Assembly: GCA_964484605.1 (NCBI GenBank)
Contig: CAZAGJ010000106.1
Span: forward strand, 1-5,411
Direction: 5' to 3'
Length of the DNA stretch: 5,411 bases
Source of the DNA: an uncultured Roseburia sp.
GTDB taxonomy: Bacteria; Bacillota; Clostridia; Lachnospirales; Lachnospiraceae
The position numbers and the translations under genes were made by a program. Positions 1-5,132 of this stretch are shown here, one piece after another (positions within the stretch are counted from its first letter, which is position 1; every line of letters starts with the position of its first letter). The notes beneath the pieces were generated by a model, which saw only the letters and a list, made by a program, of their open reading frames with translations, searched no databases and had not been told where the DNA came from.

Positions 1-56
1 TCGGAGATCAACCCTACTGATCAACCTCTCGGAGATCAACCCTACTGATCAACCTT
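1..56. repeat. Two copies of the 28-bp tandem unit TCGGAGATCAACCCTACTGATCAACCTC, continuing the array at 5203-5411
   Basis: Units lie at 1-28 and 29-56. The second ends in T instead of C. A degenerate half-unit TCGGGGGAGCATCC follows at 57-70. Nt 1-55 are identical to 5357-5411. Confidence 0.95.
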
Positions 57-246
57 TCGGGGGAGCATCCCTATAATCATGAAGAAACTCCGCAGCATCC
101 ATACATTCACGGACAAACTGCCCTATTTGCTCTTGTAAAGCTTTCTGAGCAACTTTACGCATGGGGAGAGGCAAGGACGCAAGAGCTTCATCAAGCGCCA
201 CAGAAAGCTCCTCAGAGCCAAAGAAAGGGGTTTTATTTTCTTTCAT
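49..246 (-). CDS. Hypothetical 65-aa acidic, predicted-helical protein; candidate small regulator or DNA-binding protein
   Basis: ATG at 246 is preceded by AAAGGAG 10 nt upstream. The start overlaps the end of the Zot-like gene by 14 nt (ATGAAAGAAAATAA). The TGA stop at 49-51 lies inside the first repeat core (GGTTGATC on the minus strand). I recognise no family motif. Confidence 0.55.
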   Translation of the reverse strand: MKENKTPFFGSEELSVALDEALASLPLPMRKVAQKALQEQIGQFVRECMDAAEFLHDYRDAPPKG

Positions 247-868
247 CGGATTTCATCTCCTTTGTAATAATCTGTTCTGTATCATATTCAAGTTTACTAA
301 CCTGCTGAACAGACTTAGGAATCGTATACCACTTAGCAGAACCAGCCTTTTTTACAGTATTCACGAGTTCCTGACCGCCATCGGGTTTCGTAGCCATAGC
401 AATACAAGAGCGATAAGGCTGTAAACGGCAGAACCAGCCGAGACGATTACAAACATAGATCTTATCACAGAGATCGCGAATCTTCTTATCAAAATCCATG
501 GTCTGAGAACTAACCACGATCGTAAGGCGATACTTGCGTTGCATCTTGAAGAACTCGACACACTCACGCGGCATGGTCTTAAATTCACGGTTAGAATGGA
601 CAACACCGATCTCATCAATCAGAATCAAAGAATCAGGGGGATAAGAGGAGTTCCAATAATCAGGGCGGAGATCATAACCGATACCCATGTTAGAATAGAT
701 CATGCCTTTATTTTTCGTCATCCACTCATTGGCCATGCGAGACATGAAAAGAGATTTGCCAGAACCCTTAGAGCCTACGACCGCAAAAAGCTTATAAGGA
801 TTGCTACAATATTTATTGATATAATAAAAGCAGAAAACCAAGGCAAGAATAAAAAGAGCATACAGCAT
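233..868 (-). CDS. Zot / pI-family filamentous-phage assembly P-loop ATPase with an N-terminal transmembrane segment (211 aa from ATG 868; the ORF track extends to a TTG at 895)
   Basis: Walker A is AVVGSKGSGKS and Walker B is LILIDE. By eye it aligns with Ff pI: FVTGKLGAGKT / LLVLDECG / FLHARKLGWDIIFLVQD / VVYCRRL against FAVVGSKGSGKS / LILIDEIG / FKMQRKYRLTIVVSSQ / IYVCNRL. The N-terminus MLYALFILALVFCFYYI is hydrophobic. AGAAAGG sits 8 nt upstream of ATG 868. The TTG at 895 lies inside the hairpin stem, so I prefer 868. Confidence 0.85.
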   Translation of the reverse strand: MLYALFILALVFCFYYINKYCSNPYKLFAVVGSKGSGKSLFMSRMANEWMTKNKGMIYSNMGIGYDLRPDYWNSSYPPDSLILIDEIGVVHSNREFKTMPRECVEFFKMQRKYRLTIVVSSQTMDFDKKIRDLCDKIYVCNRLGWFCRLQPYRSCIAMATKPDGGQELVNTVKKAGSAKWYTIPKSVQQVSKLEYDTEQIITKEMKSDERK

Positions 869-889
869 AAAAAATACCTTTCTAAATAC

Positions 890-931
890 GATCAAAGGGG
901 ACGGCCAAAAAATTGGCCGTCCCCTTTGATC
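890..931 (-). terminator. Perfect 19-bp-stem hairpin, a candidate intrinsic terminator or attenuator between the coat gene and the Zot-like gene
   Basis: GATCAAAGGGGACGGCCAA (890-908), loop AAAA, TTGGCCGTCCCCTTTGATC (913-931). On the minus strand the GC-rich core GGGGACGGCC/GGCCGTCCCC is followed by TTTGATCGTATTT. It begins 18 nt after the stop of the 56-aa gene. Confidence 0.65.
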
Positions 932-948
932 TCAGGGATGGGATGGAC

Positions 949-1119
949 TCAGGAACGACCAGGAATCCAGCGGCGAAGCCAACGAATGACAATGCCTGCA
1001 ATCGCGATAACCACGAAAACAAGGAGAATCGGCTGGGACTCGTAAAGATCCAGCATTTCACCGAGCCAAGTGATCATCTGAGTAAAGAAAGTGCCAACGT
1101 CAGTAAAAAGAGTGCTCAT
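949..1119 (-). CDS. 56-aa candidate major coat protein (pVIII-like architecture); not in the supplied ORF track
   Basis: My translation is MSTLFTDVGTFFTQMITWLGEMLDLYESQPILLVFVVIAIAGIVIRWLRRWIPGRS. It has an acidic amphipathic N-terminal part, a single hydrophobic helix and a basic C-terminus with 4 Arg. The strong hairpin follows immediately, as in Ff gene VIII. No obvious Shine-Dalgarno precedes ATG 1119. Confidence 0.55.
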   Translation of the reverse strand: MSTLFTDVGTFFTQMITWLGEMLDLYESQPILLVFVVIAIAGIVIRWLRRWIPGRS

Positions 1120-1173
1120 AGAGAAAACAGCGGCTTGAAAGATCAGCCCCTTTCATAATATTTGGAACGGTAA

Positions 1174-1299
1174 TCACCGCAATCCACGAAGAATAACAAG
1201 AAAGAAACAACAAACAGAAAGGACAATAACAGGATAAGCGATAGGCTCAAGGGTAAAAACCTGAACAGCTTTATCAATAGGGAGAATATCAGGAATCAT
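1174..1299 (-). CDS. 41-aa single-pass hydrophobic protein (minor virion protein type, pVII/pIX-like size); not in the ORF track
   Basis: My translation is MIPDILPIDKAVQVFTLEPIAYPVIVLSVCCFFLVILRGLR. ATG 1299 starts 1 nt after the TGA of the 199-aa gene (TGACATG). GGAAGGA lies 9 nt upstream. Confidence 0.5.
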   Translation of the reverse strand: MIPDILPIDKAVQVFTLEPIAYPVIVLSVCCFFLVILRGLR

Positions 1300-1300
1300 G

Positions 1301-1900
1301 TCAACTCATCCTTCCAAAGATAGCAGAACGCAGCCAAGTAACGACAGTAACGAAAGTAAGGACAACCAGAATAGCCGCAGAAATTGCCGCCGGGTTGAGA
1401 ACCTGAACAGTTTCGGTAACAGTTTCCTCAAACGGAAGTTCATAAATCTGATAACCACCGGAAATGGAATAACGCTGGGACTGATAACCAGATCGAACTG
1501 TCTCGTTAGTGCGTTCCACGAAGAACGTATCCCCAAACCAATCAATGATAGCAGAGAAAGTATTGTCAACGTCAGGCAAAGAAGCAAAGAGAGCAGGAGC
1601 AGAAACGTCTCCATCGGAATAGGGAGTTGGAGACCCAACAAAAACTTCGTCATACTGAAGATCTTCACCTACTTCCGAACCAAGTTCAAAACGAGTATTA
1701 GCAGGGTCTTCCAAAGTGTCCTGAATCTGCTGATCTGAGACAGAAGAATCAGACGAAGAAAGGTCAGCAAGTGCCTTTTGCGTAGCTACATAATAATCAT
1801 ACTGTTCCTGCGTCCAATACTCGAAAGTACCGTCACCCATATCAAGTTGAACATAGGTCACACCGTTATCAACATAGGTATACACAACAGAAGGAATCAA
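1301..1900 (-). CDS. 199-aa acidic protein with a C-terminal transmembrane anchor and no signal peptide; unknown function (candidate minor virion or assembly protein)
   Basis: It is a long ORF. TTG start at 1900 is preceded by GAGGTGA plus a 6-nt T spacer. The C-terminus AAISAAILVVLTFVTVVTWL followed by RSAIFGR is a membrane anchor. The N-terminal 170 aa are rich in D, E and S. Confidence 0.7.
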   Translation of the reverse strand: MIPSVVYTYVDNGVTYVQLDMGDGTFEYWTQEQYDYYVATQKALADLSSSDSSVSDQQIQDTLEDPANTRFELGSEVGEDLQYDEVFVGSPTPYSDGDVSAPALFASLPDVDNTFSAIIDWFGDTFFVERTNETVRSGYQSQRYSISGGYQIYELPFEETVTETVQVLNPAAISAAILVVLTFVTVVTWLRSAIFGRMS

Positions 1901-1911
1901 AAAAAATCACC

Positions 1912-2103
1912 TCATTTTGACGAACCATCAGACCAAAATTGATGAAGAAGAACACCGACCAGAGTAAAAAGAAGAGAAACAAGAAAGAAGTTCAAAAAAG
2001 AACCAAAAACAGGGAAAGGAGCAGTTAAAAGAGGATGAATCCAATCAGAATAAATAAGGACGAAATAAGAAAGAAAATCGCTGAGATTTACCAAGGCAAC
2101 CAT
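1912..2103 (-). CDS. 63-aa hydrophobic protein with two predicted membrane segments (pVI-like minor protein candidate)
   Basis: The ORF track protein is MVALVNLSDFLSYFVLIYSDWIHPLLTAPFPVFGSFLNFFLVSLLFTLVGVLLHQFWSDGSSK. It overlaps the 42-aa ORF by 16 nt. AAGGA abuts the ATG, so the in-frame TTG at codon 4 (9-nt spacing) may be the true start. Confidence 0.55.
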   Translation of the reverse strand: MVALVNLSDFLSYFVLIYSDWIHPLLTAPFPVFGSFLNFFLVSLLFTLVGVLLHQFWSDGSSK

Positions 2104-2216
2104 TCCTTTACAAATTTATAAATGCCAAGGGCAACAAGAAGAGTAAGCAACGAACCGAAGATAGCTAAAGCAGGAGACGAGGAAAAGAACTGAGTAAGAA
2201 AATCAAACCAAGACAT
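2088..2216 (-). CDS. 42-aa single-pass hydrophobic protein (small virion protein candidate); not in the ORF track
   Basis: My translation is MSWFDFLTQFFSSSPALAIFGSLLTLLVALGIYKFVKEWLPW. ATG 2216 directly abuts the TAA of the upstream gene (TAAATG), which suggests translational coupling. Confidence 0.5.
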   Translation of the reverse strand: MSWFDFLTQFFSSSPALAIFGSLLTLLVALGIYKFVKEWLPW

Positions 2217-3371
2217 TTAAGCCATCGCCTTTCGCAGAAGAATCAAAATAACGGCAAAACCAGCGCACATTAGAGCAACAGTTGAAACGAGAGGAATAGA
2301 AAAGAACGTACCGATCAGCGAGAAAAAAGAAGAAGCAGTATCAGCATCAATGGTGTCGGCATCGCGGAGATCTTCAAAAGTGGCCTTATCATTGGCAATG
2401 TGATCTTCAACCTCGGGGAAAAGCTCAACTAATTCATTCTGCAAATCCTCGAAAGCATCGAGGTTAGCTGGGAACTCATCACCGACTTTGAGACCAGCAG
2501 GAAGCTTGTTAGCATCCACCCAATAAGAAACAACAGCAGCACAATTGATATAACCATTAGCAGGTACGGTAGAAATACACGCATTATAAACAAGATCATA
2601 AGGGACAATATAAAAACCAAGATCAGAAGTCTCAGCATTATAAAAATCTGCTAAAGCGTACTGCTGGAAGCCTGGAGACTCAGTGCCAGAGACCCAAGAA
2701 GAAAAATTAGTCAGACCATAACGAATTGAAGAACAGTTTTGAAGAAGCTTAATAGTAGTTGTACCACGAGAAATTTCAATACCCGAACAAGTTGAAACTT
2801 TCTCACCGTTAGAGGTTCTATACCAACAACAATAAGGCAAACAAGAAACCTGCTGACTCACAGACCAAGCCGAAGAAAAAGGAGAAGAACCAGTAAAAGT
2901 ATAAAGTTCACTGGGAACAAACGGATTGATAGAAAAACGACCAGTATAAGAAGAAGTAACGTTTTGACCGTTTGAATAAATAGACTTGATATCAAGCGAA
3001 CTGATTTCAACGTAACTATTCGCACCCAACGGAAGAGACGAGCGCCAGAGCTGAGGATAATTTACTGGTTGAATCCAAACGTCACGGGCGCCAGTCTCGG
3101 TAAAAGAAGCTTCGATGCTCACCCATTGACAACGAAAAAGGTGAGCATATTCCGAGCCGCCAACGTAAGGAGAAAGCTTGAAATACTTGCTATCAACACC
3201 ACTCTCAGACTTCATCAAGGCCTCATCCACGATAGTCCATTTTGAGGTGCTCGCGTTATTGCTGGCGAACGCAGGGACAATCAAAAGACAACTCATAATC
3301 AGTACACAGAAAAGAGCGCCGAGCCGATGACAGAACCGATATTTGGAGGAAATACGTTTTTTCTTTTTCAA
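2217..3371 (-). CDS. 384-aa secreted protein with a C-terminal membrane anchor; candidate pIII-like adsorption / receptor-binding protein
   Basis: TTG at 3371 is preceded by AAAGGAG (3386-3380) with an 8-nt spacer. This gives the N-terminus MKKKKRISSKYRFCHRLGALFCVLIMSCLLIVPAFA, a classic signal peptide with an AFA cleavage motif. The C-terminus FFSLIGTFFSIPLVSTVALMCAGFAVILILLRK is a membrane anchor. The ORF track start (TTG 3389) lies upstream of the SD and 5 nt from the tRNA end, so I prefer 3371. Confidence 0.75.
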   Translation of the reverse strand: MKKKKRISSKYRFCHRLGALFCVLIMSCLLIVPAFASNNASTSKWTIVDEALMKSESGVDSKYFKLSPYVGGSEYAHLFRCQWVSIEASFTETGARDVWIQPVNYPQLWRSSLPLGANSYVEISSLDIKSIYSNGQNVTSSYTGRFSINPFVPSELYTFTGSSPFSSAWSVSQQVSCLPYCCWYRTSNGEKVSTCSGIEISRGTTTIKLLQNCSSIRYGLTNFSSWVSGTESPGFQQYALADFYNAETSDLGFYIVPYDLVYNACISTVPANGYINCAAVVSYWVDANKLPAGLKVGDEFPANLDAFEDLQNELVELFPEVEDHIANDKATFEDLRDADTIDADTASSFFSLIGTFFSIPLVSTVALMCAGFAVILILLRKAMA

Positions 3372-3393
3372 GCTCAGCGCTCCTTTCAAGAAG

Positions 3394-3467
3394 TGGTTGC
3401 GGGACTATGATTCGAACATAGAGTTTCAGGTTCAAAGCCTGATGTGCTACCACTGCACCATCCCGCC
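3394..3467 (-). tRNA. tRNA-Gln (anticodon UUG), 74 nt, CCA encoded
   Basis: The reverse complement folds as a cloverleaf. Acceptor stem is GGCGGGA/TCCCGCA, with 6 Watson-Crick pairs and a G1.A72 mismatch. U8 is present. D stem GTGC/GCAC has loop AGTGGTA (A14, G18 G19, A21). Anticodon stem TCAGG/CCTGA has loop CTTTGAA (U33, UUG, A37). The variable loop is the 4-nt AACT. T stem CTATG/CATAG has loop TTCGAAT (T54 T55 C56 A58, G53-C61). Discriminator is A73, followed by CCA. Confidence 0.9.
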
Positions 3468-3471
3468 AAAT

Positions 3472-3495
3472 CTGAGCGCCACCGCTGACGCTCAG
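3472..3495 (-). other. 7-bp-stem hairpin immediately upstream (4 nt) of the tRNA 5' end
   Basis: CTGAGCG (3472-3478) pairs with CGCTCAG (3489-3495) around a 10-nt loop. On the minus strand it is followed only by ATTT, so it is at best a weak terminator. It may be an RNA-processing or stability element. Confidence 0.4.
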
Positions 3496-3527
3496 AAGTA
3501 CAGATTATGATAGAATGATATTAAATT

Positions 3528-3767
3528 TTAGAACTTTGCAGGGGAAACACGATTGACTCTGCCGAAACGATTATATTCAAGATCAATTGTATCATCGAGC
3601 TGAGGGATATAACCACCACACTTATTGAGGGAAACGAAAATGCGGTCAGCTACAACACCAGTAACGCGATCTTCGCCGTAAGTGACATAAAGCGTATACC
3701 CCTCGATGACAGAGCCATCATTGGCAGTAAACTTCGACGCTCGATAACCGACTACTTCACAAATCAT
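3528..3767 (-). CDS. 79-aa candidate ssDNA-binding protein (gene V analogue by position and size)
   Basis: ATG 3767 has AAAGGAG 7 nt upstream. It overlaps the rep stop by 11 nt. It is small with beta-rich composition (VVGYRASKF, YTLYVTYGEDRVTGVV), placed directly after rep as in Ff. The call is positional; I recognise no motif with certainty. Confidence 0.45.
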   Translation of the reverse strand: MICEVVGYRASKFTANDGSVIEGYTLYVTYGEDRVTGVVADRIFVSLNKCGGYIPQLDDTIDLEYNRFGRVNRVSPAKF

Positions 3768-4935
3768 ACTGACGCTCCTTTCTAAAAATATTTATATCCT
3801 CAAACGGTTCATCCACAAAGGGAGAATCCGCAGAAGCTTCTTCAATCTCATCAAAATCAGCAGACCAACGTTTATTGGTCTCGATCAGATCAAGAACGGC
3901 AGCATAAAGAGAGAGACCAGAAACAGGGCATTTAACCTGATTCTTCCAAGACCAATCCAAGCAGGCCTTCTCAAGCAAGTTAGGATAGTTAAGAAGACCA
4001 TCAATAAAGCGCAGGCCGAAATTATCGAAAGCATATTCAGTCTTTTTGCGTTCACCGATCATGGAAATCTCAGACTTAGCACCGATCGAGGAAACAAGCG
4101 AATCAATATAGGCGATATCGTATCCCCTAACAGCACAGGAGAGAGAGCGAGCGGAAATATCCGTAACAAACTCTGCATCCTCGAAGTCAGACGGAAGAAG
4201 AACGGAAGAACCGTATTTCATCCAAGTCTTATGAATCCAATCGAAAAGACGAGAATCGGAATCATAATACCAATCGAAAAGCGGAGAGGGGTCAAAAATG
4301 AAACGTTCACCGCGTACAGACTGATGATGACGTTTCAATTCCAACTCATAACGAATAACATACGAATCATCGGGAATAGCCTTGATCACACCAGTTTCAT
4401 CAATGAACGTATATTCAGAATCTTCCAAAGTCTTATTATAGATACGGCAGAAAATAGCAGAGGAACGGGAGCCGATATAAACGGTAGTTGCATCCCCATA
4501 ACCTTGATAAACGAATTTCATACGTTTACGAGCTTTGGAAGGGTCGTTCATTTCCTCGACAGAAGCGCCGATAACACCAAGATAGTAATCGCGCCAAGCC
4601 TTTTTGGGAAGAATCACATCAAAAGCAAAGTCGAGACGATTAAAATGCGCCTGTTCGCCACCATCTCGCAGAATATCAGCAAGGCGAGGGAGCGTCTGAC
4701 GGAACTGCTCGCAACCAGCGCCAGAGACTTGAAGAATGTGCGGATTCTGGACAGAACCGCAATCAGGCTTGAAGAAAAGGCCAAGGGGTGAATGATAGGG
4801 GGACTTCTCCGAACGTCCAATTTGCTTGAAACCAAGTTCAGCACCACCAGCAAGAGCTTCCTGAATAGAAGATAGAGAGACAGAAGCAGGGGTAAAAGCA
4901 AAAGTTGCGTAATCAAGACGAAGAACATATTTCAT
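3757..4935 (-). CDS. rep: Rolling-circle replication initiator, Rep_trans (pT181 RepC/RepD-like) family, 392 aa
   Basis: Motifs are NRLDFAFD, VYIGSRSSAIFCRIYNK and VIRYELELKRHH. These match the Rep_trans signatures as I remember them: RxDxAxD, YIGxRxSxxxxRIYNK, and the RVEIELKR block of pT181 RepC. ATG 4935 (MKYVLRLDY) has AGGAGGA 8 nt upstream. The ORF track N-terminal extension to 5058 lacks an RBS and overlaps the promoter. Confidence 0.9.
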   Translation of the reverse strand: MKYVLRLDYATFAFTPASVSLSSIQEALAGGAELGFKQIGRSEKSPYHSPLGLFFKPDCGSVQNPHILQVSGAGCEQFRQTLPRLADILRDGGEQAHFNRLDFAFDVILPKKAWRDYYLGVIGASVEEMNDPSKARKRMKFVYQGYGDATTVYIGSRSSAIFCRIYNKTLEDSEYTFIDETGVIKAIPDDSYVIRYELELKRHHQSVRGERFIFDPSPLFDWYYDSDSRLFDWIHKTWMKYGSSVLLPSDFEDAEFVTDISARSLSCAVRGYDIAYIDSLVSSIGAKSEISMIGERKKTEYAFDNFGLRFIDGLLNYPNLLEKACLDWSWKNQVKCPVSGLSLYAAVLDLIETNKRWSADFDEIEEASADSPFVDEPFEDINIFRKERQYDL

Positions 4936-4969
4936 CGGGTGCATCCTCCTAACGATAATCTGTAGCTTC

Positions 4970-4998
4970 AATATAATGCCTGCAAGGGAGCTTGTCAA
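4970..4998 (-). promoter_or_regulatory. Near-consensus sigma70/sigmaA-type promoter driving rep and probably the whole operon
   Basis: On the minus strand, TTGACA (4998-4993), a 17-nt spacer, then TATATT (4975-4970). This sits about 35 nt upstream of the rep start codon, with the SD in between. Confidence 0.65.
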
Positions 4999-5016
4999 GA
5001 ACTCTCTGCGTTTTAG

Positions 5017-5039
5017 GGAGGGTATTACAGAAACCCTCC
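5017..5039. promoter_or_regulatory. Inverted repeat GGAGGGT-N9-ACCCTCC just upstream of the -35 box; candidate operator or origin hairpin
   Basis: A perfect 7-bp stem (5017-5023 with 5033-5039) and a 9-nt loop, 18 nt upstream of the -35 hexamer. Confidence 0.4.
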
Positions 5040-5049
5040 AAACGAAACT

Positions 5050-5124
5050 GCCAACCACGTTGGCAAGGAGTGCCGATCTAATCGATAGCTTGGCGCAGGG
5101 GCGCGACTCGTCCGCTACGCGGAC
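5050..5124. other. Two short GC-rich hairpins (6-bp stem, 3-nt loop each) in the non-coding region; candidate ssDNA origin or packaging structures
   Basis: GCCAAC-CAC-GTTGGC lies at 5050-5064 and GTCCGC-TAC-GCGGAC at 5110-5124. An ATCGAT palindrome lies between them. Function is inferred from location only. Confidence 0.35.
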
Positions 5125-5132
5125 TTCCTTTC

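Noticed and set aside
3256-3453. 65-aa minus-strand ORF overlapping the tRNA
   Set aside because: It runs through the tRNA gene and into the 5' end of the adsorption gene in another frame. The tRNA fold and the SD-supported TTG at 3371 explain the sequence better.
3394-3467. The tRNA as an attP remnant, or as a suppressor/recoding tRNA
   Set aside because: It is full-length rather than a 3' fragment, sits inside the gene array, and no integrase is encoded. The anticodon is a standard UUG (Gln), and all genes read cleanly in the standard code with no in-frame stops to suppress.
3369-3495. Long-range pairing of GCTCAG (just 5' of the tRNA) with CTGAGC (between the SD and TTG of the adsorption gene), as a processing-coupled translational switch
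   Set aside because: The complementarity is only 6 nt and could easily arise by chance. It competes with the better local 7-bp hairpin at 3472-3495. It is not supportable without structure probing.
3488-3515. XerCD dif-like site in the AT-rich spacer after the ssb-like gene (TTATGATAGAA resembles the XerD arm TTATGTTAAAT)
   Set aside because: Only one arm shows similarity (about 8 of 11). The position of the XerC arm matches almost nowhere, so this is not a credible 28-bp dif mimic.
3496-3527. Dedicated promoter for the tRNA / late genes (TAATAT, TATCAT and CATAAT -10-like hexamers)
   Set aside because: No acceptable -35 element lies at 16-18 nt spacing for any of them. AT-rich sequence produces such hexamers by chance.
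161-4791. Plus-strand ORFs from the track (161..424, 539..1045, 913..1158, 1298..1738, 4231..4791, 4976..5236)
   Set aside because: All lie antisense to well-supported minus-strand genes or across the promoter/hairpin region. They lack RBSs. Their translations are low-complexity (R/K/N/S-rich) and typical of shadow frames on an A-rich strand.
361-4928. Alternative-frame minus-strand ORFs (361..618, 1306..1668, 2429..2638, 4614..4928)
   Set aside because: They are fully nested in the Zot-like, 199-aa, adsorption and Rep genes in other frames. They are Leu/Ser-rich shadow translations with no RBS.
4936-5058. 41-codon N-terminal extension of Rep given by the ORF track
   Set aside because: There is no RBS at 5058. 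The extension would cover the TTGACA-17-TATATT promoter and the hairpins. The internal ATG 4935 has AGGAGGA at 8 nt and begins the conserved part (MKYVLRLDY).
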